From the human T2T-CHM13v2.0 reference genome, Homo sapiens, in the NCBI RefSeq assembly GCF_009914755.1, contig NC_060941.1: a stretch of DNA of 64,000 nt. One strand, given 5' to 3'. A model generated the notes under the pieces. The model saw nothing but the letters and a program-made list of their open reading frames with translations. It was not told the origin of the DNA and searched no databases. Numbering within the stretch: the stretch's first letter is position 1; each line of letters begins with the position of its first letter. The translations under genes were made by a program, and so were the position numbers. Positions 1 through 13,958 of the stretch are shown here, piece after piece.

Positions 1-20
1 ATATTTACTGAGAAATTACC

Positions 21-438
<418 letters not shown>

Positions 439-524
439 TCACGAGCTCTCCGGGAAGTGGGAGGGTCACTCAGCCCCAAGCTTTGTGAGATGTTGGGTGT
501 TGGTGTGTGGCCAGGTATATTTAC

Positions 525-1205
<681 letters not shown>

Positions 1206-1319
1206 GTGCACTTGCCTTGGAATCCACAAACTGCAAATGGCAGTGGCCTTGCCCATCCCACCCACACCGCTGCAGTGCGCGGCCTGCTCGTTGGGCCACA
1301 GATACATGAACCTCCACCT

Positions 1320-1640
1320 GCCTCAGGGCCTCTGCACTTACTGTTGCGATGCTTGCGATGCTCTTCCCATGACTCTGGCCTCCTTCCTCAGAACCTCTGC
1401 TCATAAGTCACCTCTCTGACCACCCTGTCCTCAGTTTCCACCCCATCACTCTCTGTGCCCTCCTCCTGCTGTTCCTTCTCCCAGCACCCACTGGAGTCTC
1501 TGGTTTTGTTTGCTTGTTTGTGTATTGTCCATCTCCCACCAGACTGGAGACTGGAGACCCTCAGCGGAGGAAGTCTCTGTTCATGGCTGTATCCCCAGGG
1601 CCTGACACAGAGTGGACTCTAAATATGAGTTGAGTGAGCA
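1320..1640 (+). mobile_element. L2 3' fragment
   Basis: CCTCAGGGCCTCTGCACTT...CTGTATCCCCAGGGCCTGACACAG resembles the L2 3' end. Confidence 0.6.
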
Positions 1641-2379
1641 GCTGCTGGTACAGGATCACAGGAGGATTAAATGAAATAGCGAGTGTGAGTGCCCTTTGCA
1701 ACCTGCTGTGCTTATTGAGGGGGAAACAGGCTGAGAAAGGTGCAGTGACCAACCCAGGGCCACCAGGTCAGAGCGATAGACACCCAGGCCTACACCCCTC
1801 CCTGGGCCACCCTCCTGTCCACCCTGCCTCAGGGCCAGCGTTCCTAAGGCACATTACACACACACACAGCCCACAGACACCCAGACCGCACACACAGCTC
1901 AACACCACACACAGACAAACGCCCTCAATGCAGACATGCCCAGCCTTGCACACACAGGAAGTCCACACACAAACACCAGCACACTGCCTTGAACACGCAG
2001 GAATAGCATTCACACGCCCATCCCCCTACACAAACACACAGGCCACACCCACACGCCAAAACACACCCCCAGCGTCAGACCTTGATGACTGACAGCCCAG
2101 GACTCCAGTGGGCTTGCGTCGCCATAACAACAGACGGCTCCGAGTCTTGGGCTGTGAGTGTGGTCGGGCTGTGAGTCACAGCTGCAGCAGACGCTCCGCA
2201 GAGCAGGAGCAGCCTGGCCCAGTGCGGACTCCCCAGTGCCAACCTCTTATGGACGCAGAGTGGACCCTCTCAGATGGGTGTGCAGTGTCCATTAGCATTA
2301 CCCACAGGAGGGATGTGGCCCTCAGGTGTCCCCTGTGTGCCACACACTGGCGTGCGCCCAGAGCTTCACACACATTTTC

Positions 2380-2530
2380 TTGCTTAATCCTCGTGGTGTC
2401 CTCACCAAATCAATGTGGCCAGGGAGACCATTTTACAGATGTTGAAACTGAGGTTCAGGTAGGGGAAGTCCCTTGCCTCACTCAGGTCACACAGTGAGTC
2501 ACCACCAGGCCTGAAATTTGAATTCAGGTC
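2380..2530. mobile_element. MIR
   Basis: MIR core CCATTTTACAGATGTTGAAACTGAGGTTCAG...GGTCACACAG. Confidence 0.75.
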
Positions 2531-3610
2531 TACTGAACCATGAAGGGTCCTCTTTCCACTGCCCTGAATCCAATCCAGGGGAGCTCCCAGCTGTGCACAC
2601 CATTTCCAGACAAGAGCAATAGATTATCAGCTCTCACTTGCACCAGAGTTGGTTCTGCCCTTGTAGAGCTCCCTTGGTAGGTAGTGAGATCCCCATCATG
2701 AGCAGCATCCAAGCAGAGACTGTCATAGCTGCTATGGAGAAGCATCAAGTATCAGGGGACAAGGGGTTGGACCAGACGGCCTGGCTTTGAGTTGTAAATG
2801 ACAAAAAAAATTATTGGCAAACAAAACAGGAATATAAAAGCTTCAGGAACAGCTGGATCCAGCTGTCAGATGTCATCAGGAATCTTCTTCTGGATTTCCC
2901 CTTCCTTGGGGTTCACTTTCTTCTCAGAATAACCTTCCCTAGCCTAGGGTAGACCTCACAGCTGCAGGCTTACATCGGTCGTGGCCCCCAAAAGCAAGCT
3001 TAATAGATGTTTGTCAGATGAATGCTAGAAGCATGATAAGGTTGCGGGTCTCAGTCTCAGTAAATCCCAACTTGACCTCTGGGAGTCACTCTGAGGAGGC
3101 GCAGTGCTCATTCCTGTGTGCCAAATCCCATCATCTCTCAAACGTCGTATGATTGAGTTAGATTGTACTATGCACTTCACAGACATTAACTCATGGAAAT
3201 CCCAGGCAGCCCTATGCAGTGGTCACAATCTCCATCTCATGGACGGGGACACAGGGTCCCAAAGAGGCAAAGTGTGGTACCTGAGGTAGGGCTAGAGCCA
3301 CACAGTGCCTTACCAGGCTGAGATCAGGAGGCCGTACCTCTGAACGAGGGCAGGACTGTTCTTCACAGGCAGCTTTCCTCCAAGGAGGCAGAGGACGGCA
3401 CTGGCACGTTCACTCAGCAGCCAACATTGGCAAGCACCCACTCTACCCCGTGGCCCGGGGTGCCACTGCCCATGGAGCTTGGAGGTGCCAACTGCTGCCA
3501 GTGACCTTGGGTAAGTCATTTTGTGCTTGATCCTTGCATCCCCATCTGTAAATGGGCAGGTCACCCCACTCAGAGGGGCAGAACTCATGTCAGTGGTTGA
3601 ACGCTTCTGG

Positions 3611-4093
3611 CAGTACAGCCCAATAGAACTTCCTATACCAGGTCCCACAGGGTGGCCACACACCGCTCCTGAACACCAGAAAGTGACTAGTATAATAATA
3701 ACAATTTTAAAGGCCGGGCGCGGTGGCTCATGCCTGTAATCCCAGCACTTTGGGAGGCCAAGGTAGGCGGATCACAAGGTCAGGAGTTCAAGACCAGCCT
3801 GGCCAACAGAGTGAAACCCTGTCTCTACCAAAAATACAAAAATTACCCGGGTGTGGTGGCATGTGCCTATAGTTCCAGCTACTAGGGAGGCTGAAGCGGA
3901 AGAATCGCTTGAACCCGGGAGGTGGAGGTTGCAGTGAGCTGAGACCGCACCATTTGTACTCCAGCTTGGGTGATAGAGTGAGACTCTAAAAGAAACACAC
4001 ACACACACACACACAATTTTAAGTTTTATTTCTTTTAAATTGATTGAAATGTACCTAGCTACACGTGGCTAATGACAACCATATTGAGCAGCA
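3611..4093. mobile_element. hAT-Charlie MITE (MER3/MER33-like) interrupted by an Alu
   Basis: Starts with ...CCCAATAGAACT and ends with TAGCTACACGTGGCTAATGACAACCATATTGAGCAGCA, like MER3/MER33 termini. Confidence 0.55.
3712..4014 (+). mobile_element. Alu (AluS-type) with (CA)n tail
   Basis: Full Alu; TSD ACAATTTTAA at 3701-3710 and 4013-4022. Confidence 0.95.
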
Positions 4094-4343
4094 AAGCTCC
4101 AGGGTTCTAGACAAACAGCAGATATTAATTTTGGTTTTGTTCTGTTTTACTAACCCCACCCCATGCTCCAGTGCAGGCAGCCTGGTCCCTAGCTTGTCTC
4201 AGAGAGCTTTGCTGGCCTCCTTTGCCAGACCCGGTGGCCAGACTCATCATGGCCTTGGGACCTTTGTGTGGCTCTGGAGAAGAAAGAAGCTCCCAATAAT
4301 GGCTGAGATTCAGTTGCCCACCAGCCAGCAGGATAGGGGCTTA

Positions 4344-4897
<554 letters not shown>

Positions 4898-5090
4898 TCA
4901 CAGAACATCCACGTGGTCTGGGCTTCCAGAGCCTGTCCATCCTCCATCCCCTCTACCTGCCCAGGATCCCCGGGCCCCTGCTGGCCTACAGGAGTAAATG
5001 GCCACCTGCACACCCTACACACTCACGCCCAGCTCTGGATGGACATGAGGCAGGGCGAGGTCTGGGCGGTAGCCAGGAAATCCTAAGCTG

Positions 5091-5580
5091 TGAGTGTTCG
5101 TTCCCTGTTGCTGCTGTAAAGAGTTACTACACATGTCGGGGCTTAGAACAGCAGAAATGATTCTCTTGCAGTTCTGGAGACTGGGTGTCCAAAATCAGTA
5201 TCACTGGTCTCGAGTCATGGCGTCTGTGGGGCTGTGCCCCCTCGGAGGCGCCAGGGGAGAACCTGTGCAGGGCCCCTTGCAGCCTCAGCCAGCTGCCCTG
5301 GTGATCCCTGGCTGTGTTTGCATCACTCTGGTCTCTGCCTCGGTGGCCGCGCAGTCTCCTCCTCCGTGCTTGTGTTGTCGAGTCTCCCTCAGCCTCTCTC
5401 TGTTGTGGACACTAGGGACAGCATTTAAGGAACCCCTAGATAGCCCAGGATCATCTCCTTATCTCAAGACCTTTAACTTTGCACATCTGCAGGAGCCCAT
5501 TTTTTGGCTGTAAAGGGGACACCCACACGTTCCAGGGATGAGGACCTGGATATCTTTAGGGGCCATTTTTCAGCCTACCA
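5091..5580 (-). mobile_element. MLT1 (ERVL-MaLR) solo LTR, MLT1C/D-like
   Basis: TTGCTGCTGTAA...GGCTTAGAACAGCAGAAAT...CAGTTCTGGAGACTGG...GGGGGCCATTTTTCAGCCTACCA. Confidence 0.8.
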
Positions 5581-7615
5581 TCATGAGCCGCAGACACTCC
5601 GTGGCCAGCTCCCAAACTTAGCTCTGGCTGTGGGGCCGGGTACAGTGACAGACCTGAGACCCCATCAGCGCTGACACCATAGGCCCCAAGAGCCTGTGAC
5701 CATGGCTGGTGAGAGCTCCCCAGAACAGTGGGGCTCTCAGAGAAGTAGAGTGAGGAGCACAGAGAGACGGATGGGTAGGTCCTGGGAGCAGGAAGGTATG
5801 AATTCAGGGGAGGCACACCGTGGCCTCCAAGCTGGGCCTCCACAGTGTCTCACTTCATCTTCCCACAGCCCTTGACAGATTAGGAAACCAAGGCTCACAG
5901 AAGCAACAGCTAAGTCCTCTGTGCAGCTTACCTCTGAACGGCCCCACAGAGAAGCTGTTAGCAGCTCCAAGTTACAGGGGGAGGAAGTGCCTGCTCAGAG
6001 GTGATGTGACTTGCCCAAGGTCACACAGCAACAGGTGGCAGGGCAGAAGCATGAGCCCTCTGGCTGACTCAAGCACCCACCTTCTTGGTGCCTCACCAGG
6101 TTCCCAGAAGCCAGAGGGTGAGCTGGTCTTGGAGAATGACCAGGATTTGGGGAAATGGAGAAGGAGGGTAGATGAACTTTGAGAGCTGAGTGGATCAATG
6201 GGATTTTTTTCTGGCTTTGGAGGGAGGTGACCTCAGCGTGGGGGTCAGTGTCTCTGCTATTGGGCAGGTTCCTCCTCTCAGGGGCCCCAGAACAGACTCC
6301 AACAACGTCCATCCCAGCAACAGGTGGGGGTCTTGGGAGGGTTATGTCTAAAGGGCTGTGTTCACCCCACAGATGACTCTCAGGGGCCTGCCATGGCCCC
6401 TCCCTCCTTGGTTTTTTCTCCCTTTTGTCTGCTGCCCCCATCCCACAGGCCCTGGAGGGCAGCAGGAAGGAGAAGGGCAGGGGTTGTGGCATGGCTGAGT
6501 GCACCCTCATTTCTAGGGACTCAGGAGAGCAGAAAGAGCTGAGTGCCCCCCAGGAGCAAGCCAGGAAGGGGCCATTCTTGCCTCCAGCGGTGGCTGGGAG
6601 CTGGCCCCATCAGGAATGGGGTAAGGCTCCAACCAGCAGCCCTGAGACCCCAGCCTGGCCCTCTAGGGCTGCACACAGAGTTGCACACACCCCACCCACG
6701 TGTGTGGACAGATGCACACCCCTCCCTCCTTACACCTGGGCCTCTAACAACAGTTAGATGCCACAGAGGGCCTGGGCACGCCATCTGTTGTTCAGGCCAC
6801 ACCCTGCTCTTGCTCAGGTGGAAAACTCTGGAGTGTCCTGGGCTCCTCTCCTCACCCCACGTCAGAAATTCTTGTCTATTCTACCTTCAAGGTATATTTG
6901 GAATTGGAATCTTTTCATTGCCCACAGCCCCACCCTGGCCAGGGCCCCCTGGATTCCCAGGCCTCCTGCTCCTGCCCTGGCCCCTCTCAGCAGCCAGGGT
7001 GCACTGTGAGGACCTAGGGGAGATCCCAGCTCTCCCTGAAGGACCCCGTCACTCAGGGTCTGAGCCAGAGGCCCCACTGTACACTGTGGCCACCCAAGCT
7101 GGTCCTGACCCTCTCTGTCCTTGCCTCCTGCTCTCTGCCCCCATGCATTGCTCTTCAGCCCCACAGGCCTCCCCACTGCTCCCGGCACACTCCTGCCTCA
7201 GGACCTTTACACCTGCTGTCTCCTCTTCCCAGCTCCCCACACATCTGTCCCCTGCCTCCCTCAGGTCTCTAGAGGCTCTAAGACCACCTTCTCTCACCTA
7301 ACTAACAAGCTGCTTCCCCCTCCCACCCCCTCCCGCACCCCCTGGGACACTCATCATCCATAGCTCCTATATTTACCTTTCTATTTTGTCTGTCTCTCTC
7401 CTGCCCCAGATACCCACTAGAATGTTGGCTCCATGAGGACATGGATTTGTGTCTGCTTCAGTCACTGTTGCACCCCTACCCAGCCCAGCATCCGGGGCAT
7501 TGCAGGCTCTAACACCTGTGGAGGGAAAGAGTGCAGACAGAGACAGGCAGGGGCAGGTGACCTGTACACACTCAAGGCCTAGCGGGGCACTGGCACAGCT
7601 GCACATGCCCACACC

Positions 7616-7659
7616 TGCGCACACACACGCACACGCGCGCGCGCACACACACACACACG
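7616..7659. repeat. (CA)n/(CG)n alternating purine-pyrimidine tract
   Basis: TGCGCACACACACGCACACGCGCGCGCGCACACACACACACACG. Confidence 0.9.
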
Positions 7660-8299
7660 GGCCCTGAGCTGAATGCCCTTGGCTCAGTGGGGCCTTGGAC
7701 GACAGTCTGGCCCTGGCTCTTGGGCAGCTGGAGTCTTTGTCCTCACCCAAGACTGCCAGCCCACCCCAGCTGTGGCTGCTGATGCCCCAGATGGGCCTGC
7801 ACTTCTGAAGAGAAAGGACCAGTTTCCTGCAGCCAAACCTCCAGTGCAGACCACAGAGCAGCCACGGCATCTGAGCTCCTCTCTCCCTCCCGCCTCTGCA
7901 TCCCTGACTCATCCCCCACCCCAGGGAGGCAGCCTAGGCCCAACTGCCCCACTGAGCAGAAGGGAAGGCTGAGGCAGGAGGCTGAGCCAGCCAGCTGCCC
8001 CCGTTAAAGGAGAAGCAGATAGACGTGGCTTCCAGCCCAGCCCCTCCCTGGCTCAAGCGGTCACCTCCCAAACAGTCTGACCGCAGTCTGTGGGGGCTCC
8101 CTGGGCACCCTTGAGCCATGCGTGTGCAGCCAGTATGCACACTCCCGCCAGCCGGCCCCTCCAGCCCAGCTTATCACTGATGACTTTCCCAACAGAGATC
8201 GATAGAAAACCTTTTATCTCCTTCCCCGTGGTGGCTCAGACTCAGGCCTCAGAGCAGAGCTGGCTCCTGTTACTATGGTGACCCTCAAGGACCTCACTG

Positions 8300-8443
8300 A
8301 CTCCCTCCCATTCACCCCCATCCCCACTCCCTCCTCCCTCCATCCTCCCTTCCCCTCCCCCACTCCCACTCCCTCCCCATCCCATCCTCCCTTCCCCACT
8401 CCCTGCCCCAGCCCCTCTCCTACTCCCTCCCCACCCCCATCCC
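8300..8443. repeat. C-rich low-complexity tract
   Basis: Many CCC/CCCC runs separated by T/A and almost no G on the + strand. Confidence 0.85.
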
Positions 8444-9361
8444 ACAGCCTGGGACCAATGCTGGTTCCCTACAGGGCCTGCACACCTCCCGGCTGCTCAT
8501 GGCTGACAGGGAGGGGCCTGGGGGGCTCCTTGCACCCACCCAAGCCCCATCTGCTCCTGGTCTCGACCTTGCCAGTCCCCCACTTTCATGCCAAACTACA
8601 GCTCCAGTGCCCGATTGAGGCCTCCCACCTGCCCACACCGTCCTCAGCATTCTGTAACTGCTCACTTATATCAATGAGTTGTTTCCCCCTCCATACAGAC
8701 AGATGGCACCCCTCCATACAGGGCTGCTGGGAGCTGTGAGCATTACATAAGCACAAACCTATGTTGAGTTTGGCCTGTGGCTGATGCTCAAGATATACTA
8801 GCCATTGTTAATAAGCCTCAATTTGTGCATTTATTAAATGGGTATAAAAGGTATTATGGTTGTAAAGATTAAATGAGAGACAGACACAAATAGTTTAGCT
8901 CACGGCCTGGCACGTTCTAAACACTACATCCATGAAGGGACACACAGCCTCCCTTCTTCCTTAGCCTCCTTTCTTCCTTTGTTCTTTGAAGGTGTTTAGG
9001 TATGGGGAGGAGGTGGGAGGAACAGGTGCATCCCCGCCCTCCATGGAGGCTCCATAGCCTTGGCCTGCAGCATGCAGGCCAAGGAGAACAATGCCCCATC
9101 AGGGTCCAAGTAACCTGTGCCCTCTCTCTGCCCACAAAGCTATATTGGTTGTGCCTCACTTTGGCGGAGGCCAGATTTTCCTCCCATGTTACCCTTGCCT
9201 TCCTGCCTGGAGGCCGGGGCTGCTCTCTTCCTTCTGCCTGGAATGCCTTGCCATACGGCCAGCCCCACAATCAGGGAACCATCTTCAAGGGAAGTGCTAT
9301 GGCACCGAGATCTGGAGCCAGACCCCCCGGGTCCACATTGCAGCTGTGCCACTGCTACCCT

Positions 9362-9772
9362 CTGAGGCAGCTGCACAGAGGCCTCCCAGGACCCCACACC
9401 CTCATCCCCGGAGCCTACCAGTGCTCCCTCAGGTGGCAAAAGGGTCTTTGCAGACGTAATTAGATTACGGATCTTAAGATTGTTGCAGGCTATCTGGATG
9501 GGCCCCAAATGTAATCACAAGTGTCCTTGTATATAAGAAAGAGGCAGAGGGAGCTTCGACTGAGAGGAGGAGCTACGCCGATAGAAGCGGAGGTTGCTGT
9601 GATATGAGGATGGAAGCAAGGATTCTCCCCCAGAGCCTCGAGGAAGAGCCAGCCCTGCCCACACCTTGACTTTGGACTTCCGGCGTGCAGAACTGTAAGA
9701 GAATAGATGTGCATTGTTTTAAGCCACTGGGTTTGTGGTCATTTGTTCCAGCAGCCGCAGGAAGCACACACA
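9362..9772 (+). mobile_element. MLT1 solo LTR (MLT1D-like) inserted into a MIR
   Basis: GGGTCTTTGCAGACGTAATTAG...CAGAACTGTAAGAGAATA...TTTTAAGCCACT; MIR core CTCATCTGTAAAATGGGG resumes at about 9788. Confidence 0.8.
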
Positions 9773-10039
9773 CACGCTGCCTCCTCTCCTCATCTGTAAA
9801 ATGGGGCTGGTTCAGGACCTCCCCCCCGGGTTCTTGGGAAGCATAAGCGAGTTGGAAGGAGCAAAAAGCTTAGAAAAGTCAGGGATACTATTTTTTAAAT
9901 TGCTATGCCACAGCGATTTGCTGAGGAAGACAGCATTCCTCCTGCCTTCAAGAAATTCGCCACCTGGAGCAAGGGAGACTCACAAAGAATCATGATCCCA
10001 GAGGCTGTTAGAGGCTTGTAGAGTAGGCCTGGGCACACT

Positions 10040-10400
10040 GCCCAGGGAGCGGGAGCCTGATTTGACCGGGGGGCCTGGGAGGGCATCCTGGAGGAGCCCA
10101 CTCTTGAGCTAAGCCTGGAAGGATATGGAGGGAGGAGCCAGACAGAGCAAGAGGGGAAGGGCATCTTGGGCAGAGGGAACAGCACGTGGGGCTGCTCAGA
10201 GGAGTAAGGGAAGAGGTAGTTGAGGAACCTGCAAGTCAGTCTGCAGGGATGGGGCCTTGGGGGCATCACGGAGGTGGGGGCAAGCCAGGGAGCCACATAC
10301 TGGAAAGGAACAATTGCTTGGGCCACCGTGAGGAGGGTGAATGGGGGTTTGAGACCGAAGGCAAGGAAACCAGTTGCAGAGATTGTGGTCTGGCAGGTAG
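10040..10400 (-). mobile_element. L2 fragment
   Basis: GGGCATCCTGGAGGAG...GAGCTAAGCCTGGAAGG...GGCAGAGGGAACAGCA. Confidence 0.65.
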
Positions 10401-11476
10401 TGAAGGGTAAAATCAGTGGAATTTCAGGACAACCTGAAGAAGGTGGGTGAGCAGAGGCAGTGGAGGGTTGGCAACTTCCTGCCAAGGGGAAGGGATGGGG
10501 GTGGAGCAATTCCCGAGATGGCAATGACAGTGATAATGACAACTAGTGCTAAAATTAGTGCTTACTATATGCCAGGGAATGTGCAAAGTGCTTGATACGC
10601 CTTATCTCAGTCTCAATCCTGGAATTGTGATTATCAGCAGGGAATAGAGCCCAGAGATGGAATCCAGAGCTGGGAACAGCGAGGTGTGGGAGGCTGGGTG
10701 GCGGGGGTGGGGAGGGGAGGTGAGGAAATGGCTTTCATATAAACAAGATGAAAAACTGTTCAGGGACTGCTCTTGTCATACTTTTCTATTATTAAAAAAG
10801 AAAGAAAACACATGTTTTATTAGTAGCTAAGCACTTTTATTTAATAACAAAAAATCTGTAGGGCCTGAAAGCATGGCAATTCTAACCCCTCTATTTAAAA
10901 AAGACCTCTGAAGTACATATCCCTTAGGACTGTGCATGGGTAGTCAAAGCTTAATGACCAGCGGGGGATCAGGAGGGTGGAGGGGTCTGTGGTCAGCAGC
11001 TCGGCTGTCCTGGTGGTTTTATTTCTTGAGCTGACAGTGGTGAATGCAGGAGTGATCAGTGAATTATCTTCCATACCTTCTTGAATATCTTAAATATTTT
11101 ATAATTAAAGATTGGGTGTGACTGATATTCTCCGGCTCTACATGAAAGCTGGTTGGAGGTACTAAGTCACATTCACAAATTACAGGATCTCTGTCCTCCT
11201 AGTCAGCCTGAGTTTCTTTCACCACATCCTGGCTCTGTTTGCATACCCCCAGAAACGGGAAGCTTCCTCTCTCTCTCTTGAAATTGCCTGGGGCCCTCTT
11301 TGAACAGCTCTAATTGTGGGAAAGTTCCTCATAAAGAGCCAGAAGCCTGGTCCAGTCCCTCTGCCCACTGGAACCACACAGTCTGTGTGTGATCACACAA
11401 AGCCCAGGCGGCCCTTTAGATCTTTGAAGACAGTGCTCATTCTCCTTTTCTCCCCATTCCAAATTTTTCTTCTCTG

Positions 11477-11930
11477 TGTAAAGTCTCAGTTCTTTTTCAG
11501 GCAAGTGACAGAAAACCAGCTCAAACTGGTTTATGATAAAAGGTGAATGTATTGGCTCAAGTGACTTAAAGTCCTGGGGTTGCTGAGCTTCAGGCGCAGC
11601 TGAATCCAGGTGCCCAGAAGGTGTCTCCATGTCTCTCAACTCCTCATTCTTCCCCATTGGCTCTGTTTTCAGACCCACAGTCTCAACAACTACCCCTGGA
11701 GGCTCCAGCAAAGCTCAGTGCTTCCAGCAAAACTCCTGGAGGGCTTAGGTCATTCGAACCATTCCTGAACCAATCCCTGTGGCCAGGCAAATGGGGCAGT
11801 TTGGTCAAACCTGAGTCACGTGACAATCTCTGCATCCTAGAGGTAGGGACCGCCCAGCCTGAACCACATGGGCCATAAGTGGGAAAGAATGGTGCCCACA
11901 GGAAAATTGATTGTAATTACCACCAAAAGA
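11477..11930 (-). mobile_element. Old MLT1 LTR (MLT1K/J-like)
   Basis: GCAAGTGACAGAAAACCAGCTCAAACTGGTTTA...GCTTCAGGCGCAGCTGAATCCAGG. Confidence 0.6.
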
Positions 11931-12242
11931 CTAGATGTATTAGGTAGGACAGAGGCTTTATAACAGAGATCCACAATAACACCGGCTTAAACAAGATGGA
12001 ATTTTATCCCTCGCTAACTCCAGATGCAAGAGATCTTGGGCTGATACAGTTAATTGTATGATTAGGGTGCCCCATAGCTGAGCATTCATTATCTGAGTTG
12101 GAAGTTAAGAGTTGTTAAAACATGAATATATTTAGTACTGTCCTGGCCACTTACTTCGTTCCCAGTCAAGCATCTCACCCTACCTAGCACCAGCATCTGT
12201 CCACCCCCCATCTGCATCTCTTCTGTCTGTCAGGTCTGCTTA

Positions 12243-12592
12243 TGCAAGCTGGTAGCAAAGGAAAACTTCAAAGTTGTAGAATTTCTTGAAGTTGATGAGA
12301 GTTACGTTGGAGAGCTCCTGGGTTCTGCACACAGTGGCTGACAAACCAAGGATCTATCTATCTGGCTGGGTCAGCCCTGTCTAAATAATGAAAACCCCCA
12401 ACGTGAAGAAAGATGAACCTGTGCTTTGGAAGAAAATGATTTGAATGTCATAGAACTCAGAGTGGCCCAAAGAACTCAGGGGGATGTGATGAAGCATTCT
12501 GGTTGTTAGGACCCAGAAGGTTCTAGTAAGGACCATCAGGCAATTTTGTGGGAAGAACTATGCCTACTCCAATGAACTTTTTGTACTCTAAT
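12243..12592 (+). mobile_element. Decayed TcMar-Tigger transposase C-terminal fragment
   Basis: Translation from 12243 gives CKLVAKENFKVVEFLEVDESYVGELLGS, then LTN/KDL across frameshifts; resembles the acidic Tigger/TIGD C-terminal motif (recalled, not searched). Confidence 0.5.
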
Positions 12593-13310
12593 TGTCTTAC
12601 TCCATTTTCTGATGCTAAAACAGAATACCACTCTGGGTAATTTGTAAACAATAGAAATTTATTTGGCTCATGCTTCTGAAGACTGGGAAGTCCAAGAGTA
12701 TGGCACCAGCATCTGGTGGGGGTCTTCATGCTGTATCATCCCATGGTGGAAGGCAGAAGGGCAAGAGAGCACTAGACAGTGAGCAAGAGAGAGCTGAACT
12801 CATTTTTACAATAAATCCAGTGTCTTGATCATGAGCTCACTCCTTCAATAAAGAGATTAATCCATTCATGAGGGTTTTGCCCTTATGACCTAATCACTTC
12901 TTAATAGTCCCACCTCTTAATACCTTCACAATGGCAATTAAATTTCATCATAAATCAGCCGGGCATGATGGCTCACCACTGTAATCCCAGCACTTTGGGA
13001 GGCCAAAGAAGGCAGATCACTTGAGGTCAGGAGTTCAAGACCATCGTGGCCAAAATGGTGAAACCTTGTCTCTACTAAAAATATAAAAATTAGCTGGGTA
13101 TAGGGGTGGCCACTTGTAATCCCAGCTACTCAAAAGGCTAAGGCAGGAGAATTGCTTGAACCCAGGAGGCAGGAGTTGCACTTAGCCGAGATCATGCCAT
13201 TGCACTCCAGCCTGGGTGACAAGAACAAAACTCCATCTAAAAAAAAAAAATAATAAAATAAATAAATAAATTTCATCATAAGTTTTGGAGGGGACAGTCA
13301 AACCATAACA
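12593..13310 (-). mobile_element. MST (ERVL-MaLR) solo LTR interrupted by an Alu
   Basis: TG...CA termini (TGTCTTACTCCATTT...CAAACCATAACA); 5-bp flanks CTAAT/CTAAG. Confidence 0.85.
12957..13270 (+). mobile_element. Alu (AluS-type) inside the MST LTR
   Basis: TSD TAAATTTCATCATAA at 12939-12953 and 13267-13281. Confidence 0.95.
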
Positions 13311-13625
13311 CTAAGTATTAGCACATTAATCTAAGAATTAGCATATTAACCTAAATGTTGTTTGTGGAAGATAAAATGTGTATATTTTCATAGTTTAAAT
13401 TTCATTTTTCAAAACAAAATTCCAATTAAACATTTTTTTCCCAATTACTAAGAAATGTTGGTTCCCAGAGCTTTGACTTGTGGTCAAAGTGGTCTTTTTC
13501 TTGGGATAATGAGACCCTTCTTTAGAGTGGGTTCAATGTCTGTCTCACTTGCCAGACTATGGGGGCTGTGTGGTGGGTCCCACATCATTATTCCTGGAGA
13601 TGGAATCTAGAATGAGGTTTGGCTC

Positions 13626-13958
<333 letters not shown>

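Noticed and set aside
10815-10841. Minus-strand AATAAA signals in an AT-rich patch
   Set aside because: Common in AT-rich or old L1-derived sequence; no linked exon
10993-11020. Possible REST/RE1 half-site (GCTGTCCTGGTGG)
   Set aside because: Spacing and second half-site do not fit the RE1 consensus; no full RE1 seen in the window
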